From: Eledone cirrhosa
Taxonomy: Eukaryota
Assembly: GCA_964016885.1 (NCBI GenBank)
Contig: OZ024740.1
Span: 166,346,001-166,410,000, forward strand
Length of the DNA stretch: 64,000 nt
Direction of reading: 5' to 3'
Under the pieces are notes generated by a model. The model ran no database searches and had not been told where the DNA came from. It was given only the letters and a program-made list of their open reading frames with translations. Both the position numbers and the translations under genes were made by a program. Shown here piece by piece: positions 1-13,545 of this stretch (positions are counted from its first letter, which is position 1; each line of letters opens with the position of its first letter).

Positions 1-804
1 GTCCTGTTCTGAATGTTTGCAAAGAATGGACTCTGGGGAAGGTACTCAAGGACCAGTTAGGGGTTGTAAACTAAGCGACACTTTCCATCTACTACACATT
101 TGATAGCATGGCTTGGTCGATTCTGCCAATCTACTCCTTTAACAATAACAATATCACCTTATCCCCACCACAAACATCATTAACAGCAGCAACAGCAGCA
201 ACAATAACACACACGATAAAATTAACAACAATTGCACATAAAAAGTTCCCTTAAAATAAAAGAATTTAAAGAAACGAGTAGAAAAATAAATCCGCCACAC
301 TAAGTATGACTTTGTGACAGTTCTTTCAAGCTCATTAATCATTCATTTAACTAAAGTAAAAGTGCTGATACATCTTCATCAGTATTAACTGGTAGTTCTC
401 AGGATTTCTCTTCTATTTCCCTCTTTGTTCTCTTTATCCAATTGTCTGTTTGTCTACATATTCACCTTGTACAGCCCTACTCAATTTATGATTAGCTTGT
501 TTTATTTCGTTTATTTTCTCATATAAAACTAACTACACCATGCCTCGACTGACAACTAGAGCACGGAAATCTTAAACAATTCATACTGGTAGTGCAAATC
601 AAATGTGAAAATAAGTGGCAAAGTACGTTCATTAGTCTAGCAGAAGAAAACATAAAACATGAAGCATCATACCAAATGTAAAAAGAAGTTAAAATAGTGT
701 TAAATATAAAATAGGACAACTTCAGAAAAAAAAATACGAGTACTCTCTCTCACACACACACGCTCATATATGTGCATAATAAGATAAGAAAATTTAATCA
801 CCTT

Positions 805-866
<62 letters not shown>

Positions 867-1189
867 GGTGGTTGCCAACTGGTTTTCGAGTACGGCCACT
901 ACTTTATATCCATGTATTAGAACCCTACCGATGCGCTGAACGAGTATGACTTTTTACTCCAGCCAGCGACTTGAAAACTATGGTACAAACACCACACTTG
1001 TGACAATTATTGACACATAGTGCTAGGCCCATGGTACCATCTGACGACAAGTGCAGAGAGATCTCCAGATATAAAGCAATGCCTGAGCCGTGAAGCTTTT
1101 ATAGTGAGCAAAGGCACTGCACAAAGCCAGTCCCACTCTCTTAATCAAGATGATATTTACCAAAAAGAAGAACAAGTCAACATCATTGG

Positions 1190-1472
1190 TTACCATCAGG
1201 ATTGCAGGTGTTATATCAGAGTTTTTCTTCTCCTAAAATTCTGCCTTGACAAAGGCTAAGGGGTCATCACTCCCGGTGATATTGGATGGCCATTGACTCT
1301 TAAGAGCGCTTTTGCCCTTTGACAGGTTTTGTTTTTAGTCCTGCAGGATGTCCAAAGTCACCCTCCTCAACAAAAAACCTTGGTGGGGTTGCCAGTTTAG
1401 TCGCCAACGACCCTACCATGAGACAGGTTGTACTGGGATACATGTTACCAGTAGCACCAACTGGTGACCTGA
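1190..1472. mobile_element. Probable RTE-related non-autonomous retroelement fragment
   Basis: GC-richer island between (TA)n tracts. 'gagtttttcttctcctaaaattctgccttgacaaaggctaag' resembles, from memory, RTE-derived invertebrate repeats. No coding motif seen. Confidence 0.3.
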
Positions 1473-2238
1473 CTCTATGTATATAGTGTATATATATATA
1501 TATATATATACAAACACACATTCACACACAAGTATGTTTGCGCATATATGAAACTAAATATATCAGTTTGTGATAGTTTATATGTGTATCGATGTTTTAT
1601 AATTTTAAGGTTTTATACTATAAAAAAAATGTAAGTACACTAAAGAGTCATTAGTCTTTCAGTGAATAGAAAAGAATACAGCACGGATAAAAATGTGACT
1701 AAAGGAGTTGTATATAAGAATAAGAAAATCCAAGTTGCAATAAACAAAAAAAAAATGACAAGAAGATAGAGAGAAGAACGTAAGCCAAATTAAAACTAGA
1801 TTTTAAAATACTCTATTACAAGAATGATGCAGCTAAAGAAATAAGTATGACTATTAAATAGTTTCTCGTAAGTATTGAAAATACACACACACACACATAT
1901 TATATATATATATATATATATATGGAGAGAGAGAGAGATGTATGTAGGTAAATATATATTATGCGACAATACAGAATCTTTGAATTACATACTGATTCAA
2001 TCACATGATTTTCTATACCGATTCAGTTAACCCAAATTAACACACAGGCCTTGGGTTGTGTCATGGCTACAGTAAAGTACATGAACAAAATATGTAGAGT
2101 TCATAATTGAAAAGCAAATTTCTTACCTAGTTACCCGCGTTTACATTCACACATGCACCTCTAATTTGATTATATATATGTCTATTGTACACAAACTGTA
2201 CACAATATACCTTTCTTTCTGTAAAAGTCTGTGTTAGT

Positions 2239-2426
2239 GGTGTTATTGGCAGTATCGGTAGAGAGTCGGACGCCATGCTTTCCAGCATAGTTACGTCCCT
2301 TTACGATCTGAGTTCAAATCCCGCCGAGGTTGACTTTGCCTCTCATCCTTACGGGGTCGATAAAATAAAGTACCAGTAATGCACTGGATAATTGCTGGCC
2401 TTGTGCCTAAAGTAGAAACAGTTATT
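2239..2426 (+). mobile_element. tRNA-derived SINE
   Basis: A-box-like tggcagtatcgg, B-box gagttcaaatcc (2310-2321), body gaggttgactttgcctctcatccttacggggtcgataaaataaagtaccagt. The same body recurs at ~5410(-), 10330, 51840 and 53430. Confidence 0.85.
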
Positions 2427-2732
2427 AATTGATACTCATTAAAGATTGCAGCATATGTATATGTTAGTTTGCAACATCTATGAATGTTTCAAGTCTTCCA
2501 TATTTTGGTATATCAGAGCAAACAAGTATTTGCTGAAAACGAATTAGTCTGAAATGCATAAATACAGCTCGCATACTTCAATTATTGAGGTAGCTGTGAT
2601 ATACTCGCCTCTTGAAATATTTATCACGAGACCACGCGTGTGTTTACTATACAAAACCAAATAGTATGTGGGTCTAAATATACATAGATTAACACACACG
2701 CACACGTATATATATAAATGTATATGTGTATT

Positions 2733-2923
2733 TATATGAGAAGGATGAACACCGATACAAGTATACATGTGTTCGAATTGCAAATGACCAAGTTAGCTAG
2801 GTTGAAAAATACTAATTTAAAGTAATAAATCAATAAAAATATATTGGGCAATCGCCGTTTGATACCCGGACAGATCTATTCGTACACATGTATACTTGTA
2901 TCGGTGTTCATCCCTCTCATATA
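2733..2923. repeat. 46-bp inverted repeat around a ~100-bp spacer (MITE-like or fold-back)
   Basis: 2733-2778 tatatgagaaggatgaacaccgatacaagtatacatgtgttcgaat is the near-perfect reverse complement of 2878-2923. Confidence 0.75.
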
Positions 2924-3045
2924 TTCAATTGTATTACACGGCTCGGTAAGATTCCCTTCCTTGAGGTATTTAATTGTAAAAAACTATTTTCAGTTCTAAA
3001 TCAATATGTGTATTTATATATATATATGTGTGTATATATATGTGC

Positions 3046-3130
<85 letters not shown>

Positions 3131-5407
3131 ACGCACGTTTCACCCCAAGTGGTGAAACGTACGTCCTCGAGTGTCGTTTGGAAAATTGTTTGTGGAAATA
3201 ACGTTATACAGATTTCAGGTAGGGACTGAGTGCTCTACTTTCTACGGTTATAACCTGTACATATCACTGTATATTACCACTGTAAGTATATATATATATA
3301 TATATATCGCACATATATATTTTTACACATCCATGCCTACATACATATGTTTCTGTATGTGGTTTCGATGTTTTAGGCCGAGTATAAGCGGGAAGGAAGA
3401 AACAAAAGTAAAAGAAAGTGAATAACAGTTGCCTGCATTTACAGCGGATGTATCAATCACACTTAGAAAACGAGCTTTTACTTTCTTCTCTCTTTGATGT
3501 CACTTTGGAGGGACTGAACGAAACATTTGAACACGCTTGACATTTCTGTACAAATGACGGTTTATTCTAAATTCAACTTTAATATCAGATTAATGTATAA
3601 TAAGATTAAGCTTACAAATTGTATAACACAGAATGAATGAGAAAAATCATGATATATTGAACCGAATGTAATTATCTTTGCATTAATGTATTTTTTATTA
3701 TATCATTCTTTCACCTAGTAAGGATAACAATTCAATCTCTCTCGTGTCATTTATAATATGCTATAATTAAAAACCACCCCTAATTGAATTAATAAACGAA
3801 TCAATAGATAAGCTATTGCTATTATTTCCACAAATTGATTTATGGCTGTTATCAGTGCTGTTGTTGTTGTTGTTTTCTTCTATAAGTTCTTAGCAGCAGT
3901 ACCGCCGAATTCTTTTAAAGAAATGGGTTTTATTTAGCTCTTCTTTATTTCATTTGTCAATTTTAACTACTATTCCTTCTCAAGATTAACTGTAGGGTGG
4001 CCAATTTAGGAGGATGCTTGATTAGATGTTTTAAACTATCTTGTTTTGTATTATTTATACTTCTGATTTCAAATCCCATCTAGCCCCATTTTTCAGTACC
4101 AACGTAATATTTATGTCGAAAGAGCAGCACCTCCCTAATAACTACTGTCGTGGTGGATTTTGCCACCCAGAGGATCGAATCTGGTGAGTTGGAATGGTTC
4201 TTCCAACGCGTCTCCTCCTATGCAACGATTTCTTCACCTTGTCTGCTTTGACTACAAAGCGGTTTGTGGCTGGGCTTCCAAACATCAGAGAAATGTTCCC
4301 GACATCAGTTGTTAGCGATGTTTCAGAAAACATTTTAACTAAAAGCATTCTCGTTATTGCAACAGCCGATGCTATATTAAAATAAAATAATAGCTGATTT
4401 TGTTACAACGAAAAAAATGTAGCTGACTTCAATTTTCTTTACATCACACTCTCTGTCACGTTTTTCTCTGTCCCTATCTCTTCAAAATGTCTAAATCAGA
4501 AATCGGTGCAGGGCGCCTGATAGTTGTATCAATCTTGATTCAAACAAATTTGTAATTTTACATCGTTAATATAGTTACCTTGCAGCGTGTAGTGCTAATT
4601 CTCCTATATATATATTCGGTTATATCTGCAGGCAATGACTGTGTCTTGACTTTCAAAGGCGCTCCAAAACATATCTGGTCAGTTAGTGTCGCGAATAATA
4701 ATATATCTTCATATATGCTATACAACTACGAGGTCTCTCTGGAAAACTAGAGTCACCATCCTTGAATTGGTTCCGCCAGCCATATCCACACCATACACAT
4801 CCTAACCCTAATATCAATATTTATAAAGTATTTAATAGCCATACCCTTGGAATTTCTTTATATTTTTTATTTAATCTCAACAAAGTCGATTTTATGGTTA
4901 GTATTTCCTTGTGGCCTATCAGCGATATACACATTTTTCTATTAACGCTTACTTCGACGAAGAAGATCGGTTCCTATGATCGTTTATTGGATATTTGGAA
5001 CAGGAAGTAACCATAACTTAGGCTGATTTAAATGCTTACAACGTATTGGACGCCGTTGAAGACAAGGCAATGTCAGGTATTGGTTTTAAACCGGCGAGTT
5101 ATAAATACTATTATCCAGCAAGCGATACACTCCGTCCAACTAGCTGTAGCTGCCGTACATTTCCGTACACCCAAATTCCCTTGCAAGGCTTCGCACTATC
5201 TTGTGATATTGAATAACACATTTGCCTAACATGACTTTTAGAAACAAACAGATTGTGAAGAGAACATTTAACATTTCTAAACCCATTACTGTTTGATTCC
5301 ATCAACTATATTCTATGTAAGAAATCATTTCTAATAAATGCATATGACAGTAGTGTTATGGTGGGGTATTTTGGATGTTGGCTGATTACCTCAAATGCAA
5401 TACATGG

Positions 5408-5505
5408 ATCTCCGGAAAGATGAAAGGCAAAGTTGACATCGGGGGGATTTGAACTCCGAACATAAAGAGCTAGAACACGTGTCCAGTAATACGCTGCACT
5501 AACGT
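5408..5505 (-). mobile_element. SINE copy, reverse orientation
   Basis: gatgaaaggcaaagttgacatcggggggatttgaactc is the reverse complement of the SINE B-box and body. Confidence 0.75.
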
Positions 5506-8500
5506 TGTCTATATAGCAAAAATGAAAAGTAATATTGCAATTTCTCCTCTTATTAGATTCTGGTATCAATAATGTAGACGAATTTATACATTTCATAATC
5601 TAATTAAACTTATAAATAAATCTATAAATTGGGAAACATATCACAGACTTGTCTATACATAATGGATTCTTCATACAATCCAATCAATGGATTAAGCTTC
5701 TCAAGCACAATTACATTTGACGATGAATGAGTGCAAATCCATTGGAGAGCAAATATCTTATCAAACCAATCTAAAGAAAAAATATTTTCTGACCAATATT
5801 GATATTGCAGTCCTGATGTGATATTTGCATATAAACAAATTTCCGACTAAACTTACCATATATACAACAGAAAATGAGCATGTCCACATTTTATACGGGT
5901 GAACACAAAGTATGTGTATGTTACATTTTATAAAATATTCTTTCTTTAAGGATCAGTGTTGCATGATCAGTGTTGCATGGCCCAGTATTCTGAAACAAAG
6001 AACATATTGAAAATGGAATAGCTTCAAAAGAACCTCTAGCTAATGTCTGCAAGCTTTATCCTGATATGGAATTTATCTAACTCTGTAAAACATATATTAG
6101 AACAGTATATTTGCCTTGGCCAATACATTTACAAGTCATGCTCTACTTAACCGATTTCCTTGTCCTGAAATGCATAATCAGTGGTTTGGGGTGTTGATGG
6201 GAAGTTAAATCGTCTACAGTCTTGTTATAGTATGCATTGTCTGTGAAATAGTAATTTTCCGAAAAGTTATATTGATTTCTATTACACTCTATATTTGGCG
6301 CATGTTCAAAAAAGAAAAAGATTCCAATATAAATGATTAATCATCGCAATTAATAATAATAAATTTTATTTATCAAGAGAAGAAAATAGACGAACCATGT
6401 TGTGTTTTGAACTTACATTTAGAGTGTTGGAAAAATCTATCGTAAACTCTTCACAAAAAAGTAATTTACTTATTTTACCACCCTGCAGCAGTCTGCCACC
6501 TTCTGTAAAAAATATTAAAGCAGATAGTTATTTCCTCTTTCCATAGAAAGTATGAAGCGTGAAATATTAATTTGTTTGTGAATAGTTCAATTTTCAGTTG
6601 TCTTCAAGTTAGGTTTACGTCAACTTTATGTAGTCGAAAAGGCACCATCTTTGACAGAATCATAGGTTCAGGATACGTTAATTTATTACGGGCAACAATT
6701 TATTCATAAGGCAAACAATTTAGTAAACTTGACGGGTACGTGATTGTAGTGATTATCTGAAGCTAGTTGTCAGTAAATATGGCATAAATAAAATACTATC
6801 GCGCCTCGACTTCAGTAAGGGTGTCTCAAACAAGGAAAGGGATCGAGATTAAATTCGAAGAAAAAATTTAAGTAAAAATGTAGCAGAAATGAAAAAATGA
6901 AGAGAAAGATAGGTACGTATTATCAATATACATATACAAACTCCGTCTACATATATACATATATAAAGATAAGTCGAATGTGGTTGTGTTTGCTACCTGA
7001 AAACACAGTCGTCTCAGAATACTAAAAAAAAAAACGATGTAAGAACACACGCCGCGCCACCATACGCGCACACACACAGACAGAGTTCAAAAGAGATAGA
7101 AACGCACATTTGCATTCACACAAAACTACCAGCATACACCGCCACAAACATTAAACAAAATTCCACACACAGAATAAACCTAACATCTAATAATAAACAA
7201 AACGACATTCTACATATCTAAGTTAAAACAAAAATTATATATAACAAAGTGTATAAAACACTATACATCAGAAGCTATCACAGAAACTATTTCGAAATAT
7301 GACAGAACTGATTACGAAATACACAAAGGACACCCCTACGCCTTCTTAGCTATGTTTCTTTGTTTGATTTATCTTTCAAACAGTACTAGATTAACAATAC
7401 TTTTAACAGATTTCGTTTGTTTTCGTGTAAATTCATGCTCAGTGACAAGGATATAATAAGGAGAAACAGTAGTTTGTTTATAGGGTTTCGCATAAGCCTT
7501 CTCTCGGTTCACTAAAAGCGTTCGCTTATTCGGATTATAATAAGATTGAGTGATATTGGATGCTGGGTTTCGATTCAGCTTACTGTGGCGTAAATACAAT
7601 CGTATATATAATTGGATTTAGTGAATATATATAAGAATATGAGCTTTTTAATTCATTTCATATGAGTTGATCTTTGTGCAGTAAATAATGTTTATTTGAT
7701 AATATTTATGTCAAGATTGATAAACGATGAGGCAGCCAGTATTCTCTTCATACTAAAGTACACAGAGGATCGAATGTAAATACAAAGTTTCGAATAAGTA
7801 TTATATTGCTTGTTTACTATGTTCATTGGCGCGGTAAAAACTATAACAAAACTTAAGAGCAGATTTTTGAATATTTATCCGTTACTACACTAAACTATTT
7901 AATTGTAACTAGTGATGGGGAGGAGTTGTTTCGTTCAAGGATTTCCAGAAATCATTAGCAGGATATGTGAAATTAAGTGAGGTGGTGTAAGTGAAATGTA
8001 ATGCAATCCATAGAGTTTTGAATGATCCCAGAGGATTTGCAAAAAACAACAGTTAATCACTTCATGTACGAACCTCGTTATGTGTAAGAGAAATGATTTA
8101 TTATATTGGCATAATGAGCCCATCCGATTGAATTCTAGTACATGGCTGCTACTCTTTGTGCCAGTCGTCGGCTGGACGAAAGTCACGCTTAAGTTGATTA
8201 GAATTCATTCAATGTTTTATTCATGTAGTTCATAATGTTATTAAGAGGGTCTCAGCACCAACCGGAAATTTTTTTTATTCTAGGCAAGTCTTGACTGGAA
8301 CCAATTTCAAATGATGCCACTTTTAATTTCTTATTTGAACATATGATCGTCAGTAGTTTCATAGCACATGTATGGTTTCATACACACACAAAGACATGTC
8401 CCGCAGTCATGAGCATACACATATATACACCATATTCACACCACACAAACATGTACCTCAAATAAATTATCTAGTTCTCAGTATCGTGGCCTTTATCAGA

Positions 8501-9023
8501 AAATGTTTGCATCCATAACATATACCATTATGCTTTATAGAAAAAAGGTTTAATCTCGCATGCTTTAAAATTAAATCAAATATATATATATATATATAGC
8601 AATATATATGGGGTAGAATAGATAAATACAGTCGTCACATTAGTAGATAAATAGTAAGAAAATTTGCAGAAGACAAGACAACGAACGTAATACAAAAATA
8701 AAACGAAAAACAAATTTTTAAGGGGAAACCTTAAAAAATTATTAAAAAAAAATAAAGATACAAACGAAGGATACATAACTCAATGGTCATCAACAGATGA
8801 GATGGATTTGGCAGCTTCGAGACCTATCTACGGTGTTGCTAGTCCATCCGGGGTCACAGCGTCTGACATAATCCAAACGCTTATATGTGTGTGTGTGTAT
8901 ACATATATGTGTGTGTGCTGTTGTTGTTGACCACCGATAGTGGTAATCAAACAGTAGTCTATCAAACGATTGAGGCGCAATCTACAAAAATATTGTTCGA
9001 TATATACCCTGTTTTATTAGATA

Positions 9024-9911
9024 CTAGCAGTGGTACCCGTCGTTGCACGAGATAAGGTAATTTTGAACGCGGGCCGCCAACAGACCTAATCGTGGAAAAA
9101 CAGCATGCATGGACAATATGTAAAGAAAATAAACCGAATAATCTGATGGCTGGATAATCTTTAAGATTTTCCTCGATGAAGGAGGAAAAATGCAGGTTTT
9201 CACCTAATGCGGGCCCTAGGTGATGAGGAAAATGAATTTTTTTATGTGCATAATATGCCTTGAAATTTCGGGAAAATCGGCTAGACGTAACGCCTCAAAA
9301 AAGCCCTAAAAAGCTGAAAAAATGAAGTTTTTCACCTAATGCCATACAAAATTTGGATATTCTTTGCTCACGGTATGAAGAAGAGACTGACTAAGACATA
9401 GTTACAATTTTAAGAAAATCTGTCTGACGTAACGCCTCAAAAAACCCCTAAAAACCTGAAGAAACGCAGTTTTTCAGGTTATCAAAAAGTTGAATTTTTT
9501 ATGTGCATAACACTACCTGAAACACAAGTAATACAGATGTAAAGTTTGAAAAGAGTCGGTTGGGTACTTCTCCACTTTTAGGGATTAAAACTCACAGACA
9601 CACACACACACAGACAGACATCCCCAGGGAAGAGACGTAAAGCAGACAGTCAGACATACAGACAGATATTATAAGGGCCCGACGTTATATGTATGTATCT
9701 ATCTAAAAAGAGAAAGACTAAACATTATAGAGAGAGATCGCTAAATCACCTAATACGGTCCCTAGGGCATAGAACATTTGATTTCTTTTGCTCAGAACAC
9801 TCCCTGATACATGAGTAAAGTTTGAAAACAGTCGGTTTGGTGGTTCTTGGGTTTTAGGGATTCAAACTCAAACACACACAGACAGACATTCCTCAGTTTT
9901 ATATATATAGA
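9024..9911 (-). mobile_element. Non-autonomous Helitron
   Basis: On the minus strand it starts TC (tctatatatataaaactgaggaatgtctgtctgtgtgtg) and ends in a GC hairpin (ctcgtgcaacgacggg) followed by CTAG. It sits between A and T with no TSD and has internal direct repeats. Confidence 0.75.
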
Positions 9912-10329
9912 TAAACAAAGACGGATGATTGAACAGGATAATGTAGTCATGTATTTAATAATTTCTTTATAAGAAGACGTGTTTGTCAAACAGTAAAAAT
10001 TTCACAGCACAATAACCCTCAATGAGAGATAACTTTATTCAATGTTCATGATTAAACAAATATTTATCCCGGGTGGGAATATTGAAAATTAAACTATAAC
10101 AGTAAAAGACTCGAAGCATAATAAATATGTAATCATAATTTATTGATTTCTCACAGTAACACAGGGTATAATCGAATACTTCTATTCAAGTACGTTCTTG
10201 GTATTATTTTAAATGAAAAACAAAATCGACTATAAGAGATATTTGAACGTGGAACAGAAACGCGAGATGTTGAGTTCCTGCATAAGTAAAGAAATATGAA
10301 TCTTAGAGGGTAGGTACGATCGATTTATG

Positions 10330-10490
10330 AGGCGGCTAATTGGCAGAATCGTTAGAACGTCGGATAGAATGCTATGTATATTTGTTCCGACTCTCTGCGC
10401 TCTGAGTTCAAATTCCACCACCGTCAACTTTGCATTTCATCCGTTCAAGTTCTATAAAAACGTACGAGTCTATTACTGGGGTCGATTCTT
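10330..10490 (+). mobile_element. tRNA-derived SINE
   Basis: ggcggctaattggcagaatcgttag (A box) ... ctgagttcaaattcc (B box) ... gtcaactttgcatttcatcc. Confidence 0.8.
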
Positions 10491-11140
10491 CCTTTATATC
10501 TCTTTCTAACTTCCTCTCTCTCACTATCATCGTTCTCTGGAAGAAGTCTGCTGTATTGCGTCCTGGAGAGGGATGGGCTCCGCCAGGTTTAGAAATGCCC
10601 TAGAACGGCCGTATATTGCGCATCTACGACTCCTTTATGAGCTACGGGACCATGCCATTCCTTGTCTATTTAATTGACTCCAGCACATGACTAGTATGTA
10701 CTTTATTGCATAAGGGATGCTGAAATTTGAACTGAGAACGTAAATATATAAAAGCGTAATTGCAAATTGAATCCTAGAATAGGTCATGTAATAGGCCAGA
10801 GGCTTAAAGCATTCTTAGCAGGACTTATACATGTTTTTTATACATAAACTCATCGTATATTCCCGCGTATACTACTCTATTATGTATCATGTTATGTTAG
10901 TGCTACTACTAATTAATACCAGTCAAGTCGAGCATGCTCTACATGCTAATGAACTTCCCCAGCAGATGTTTTAGGTGTACCGAATAGGTAAAAGTCACTG
11001 ATGCTGGGTGGAAATATCCACCAATCCCAAACATACATAATCTATCTATCTATCTTATTCGCATTCTCACCCTCCTAGGGACCTCAACGGCTGAGCTCTT
11101 GCCGTTTCAACAGCTAGTTCCATACTGACATATATATATG

Positions 11141-11180
<40 letters not shown>

Positions 11181-11245
11181 AATAATTGGTGTTGGATGCT
11201 TAAAGCGTCCGTATGCAGTGGGCCGTCTGAGCACTCGATGCTCTC

Positions 11246-11280
<35 letters not shown>

Positions 11281-11548
11281 ATTATGTAATAAACAACACA
11301 ATATAATTGTTACACAATTAAATAGCTCTGTACTATACATAGAGCACTCTTCTTTCCTTTATCTTTTCTACAGAAATACCTTATATATATTCCACTTTTC
11401 GATTTTCGAAAAAACAAATCATACACAAAACGCCAGCACCAGCAGTTTTGAAAGAGATGTCAACATGAATGGACCTATTATTTTTATCTAAAGACAGTTT
11501 TTCCAATTCCATTCCGCCGGTCCCCTCAATCTATTTTATTTCTCATTC

Positions 11549-11588
11549 TTTCTTCTGATGAAGGACTAGCGTCCGAAATGTTAAGACT
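11549..11588 (+). ncRNA. Minimal type I hammerhead ribozyme motif (PLE-like, probably decayed)
   Basis: ctgatga (11555-11561), a-ggac-tagc-gtcc stem II, gaaa (11575-11578), short stem III tgtt; weak stem I. Confidence 0.55.
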
Positions 11589-11784
11589 CTCTTCCTGCTA
11601 TATCAAGCGTCAACCTAATATATACCTTCCATATACTGTACCGATTGTGTTGTTATTTCTATTTATCTTTTACATATATATATATTCAGGAAGTGTAACT
11701 TGGAGTTACTGTAGGTTCACCCGGGTGAGCACTCGATGTTTAGGTTCACTTCTGTGTCGAGGTGTAGAGCTAGACAACGTGTAA

Positions 11785-12005
11785 TATAGTAAAATAAAAC
11801 AAGGACGAGTGGTTACTCCTTCATTGCGTTTATTGGTTGGTGACGCGCGTTTCGCCACTGATCAGCTCAAGGTTCGATATGTATCGATCTAGCTCGATTC
11901 TGTAATCCAACGGCTCGTCGGACCCCTTATAAGTGGCGAAGCGCTCGTTACCAACCAAAGATGTAATGAAGGAGTAACCACTGGTCCTTATTTTATTTTA
12001 CTATA
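11785..12005. mobile_element. Fold-back PLE-like end fragment: ~75-bp inverted arms with a minus-strand HHR
   Basis: 11785-11858 is the reverse complement of ~11932-12005. Minus strand 11924-11839 reads ggt-CCGACGA-gcc...ggc-GAAA-cgcgcg-TC-acc. Confidence 0.7.
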
Positions 12006-12129
12006 TATATATATACGTCCGTGTGTGTGTGTGTAAATACACAAATATAATGATGAAATATTGAAAGATGAACAAATCGTCTCTACAAGGGGCGTTTGGA
12101 TAACATTTATCGAAAAAGTCTTATTGAAA

Positions 12130-13440
12130 GACGATGTAACATACATTTAAAATCTTGGCAGATGGAGAGAGAATATACGGTGATACAAACGATTTAAATG
12201 TTTCAATATAACGGATAAAGTGCCATCGTGTATGATTATTTTGTAACACCTTATTTAGGAGCGCTTGTGTTGAAATACAAACATTCGTTGTATGTATATT
12301 ATATAGAATTCTCATGATCCAGTTTTCATATTCATCTGATGGTAAGTACTGAGAAATTTGTAATAACGATATGGACATTTCCGGATTCTAAATGTTATTT
12401 AGCTTTAGTTTCTGTGTTGAGTAATCCCCTTTCTCACATTAGTTCATACTTATGTGTTTTTTTTCTCTACCTGATTCTTTCAACGTTTTGTAGTTCTATT
12501 CCATCACACCTTACCATCTTACCACACTTCTCCTCAATCATTGCACTCTCTGAAATCCTAAAGACCATCCCAACGTCTGCGGAAATTACTCTGACAGCAC
12601 TAAGGTGTCTAGCTCTTCTACATTACGACTGTATAGATTTAAAGCATCTATAAACAAAAAGTAATTGATGACGCTTCTATCTGTTCCTAGATTGTATCCG
12701 ATTGACACGCTTTAAGAATAACCGAGTGGTGTCATTGCAAAAATAAACAAAATTGCTCATAAACTGGCTTCTTGTCCTGCTTTATCTTCACTTCACCTAA
12801 ACATTTTCCAGCTGATGTTAATTCTATTTTTTCATTGATTTCTGTGTAAAGATCTTGATCTTATTTGGTATCATAAATTACCCAAATTGGGAAGAATCCA
12901 AGAAAACGACACCATGTTATTTGCCTTAAGCAAGTGACAGATTGATGCGGTTCATTTTGCAGTTTTTCAGTACCATTTTATCAATCGTCAGTTGGTCTTT
13001 TGTCATTCTGCTATTAAGTCTACACCCCTTCTGCTCATCAGAAAGCTTATTATGTCTCTCTTAAAGTGTATACATATCCGCAGCTAATATTCCTGTTAGG
13101 AGATTCCACAACAAAAGAAGACATGTAGTTGGTTTGACATTTGAAACTTCGTTACCCCTACTCTCATCTTTCAGTATCAAAACTGTATGTTCTTTTTTCT
13201 CCATTCTGGTGTTCCTCCAGATATTAAGACTTCATCTTACTGTACAGTTATTATTTCCTATAAGTCGCTTAAGGTTTTTAACCAGCATCAGTTACATGAT
13301 TTTGCCGAAGTGTTTTCCAGTTTCACCACTTTTGCAACTGGGATTTTACGAACTCTTTTGTTACTTTGATGATTCCGTGCTTCTGTACACCTGTTACCTC
13401 TGTCAAAAACATTTTTATCCAGTTTGCTTCATCATTGTTT
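12130..13440 (-). pseudogene. Decayed R4/Dong-like non-LTR retrotransposon reverse transcriptase fragment
   Basis: Manual minus-strand translation near 13190-12930 gives TVLILKDESRGNEVSNVKPTTCLLLLWNLLTGILA...[27 protein letters not shown], matching the R4/Dong RT signature EQKGCRRxSRGTKDQLLIDK. Many stops; boundaries approximate; abuts (CA)n at 13444. Confidence 0.7.
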
Positions 13441-13442
13441 TG

Positions 13443-13508
<66 letters not shown>

Positions 13509-13514
13509 CATGCA

Positions 13515-13545
<31 letters not shown>

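Noticed and set aside
2860-2910. Possible minus-strand hammerhead vestige (gtatacatgtgtac-gaat-agatctg-tc)
   Set aside because: No recognisable CUGANGA core and the GAAA is altered.
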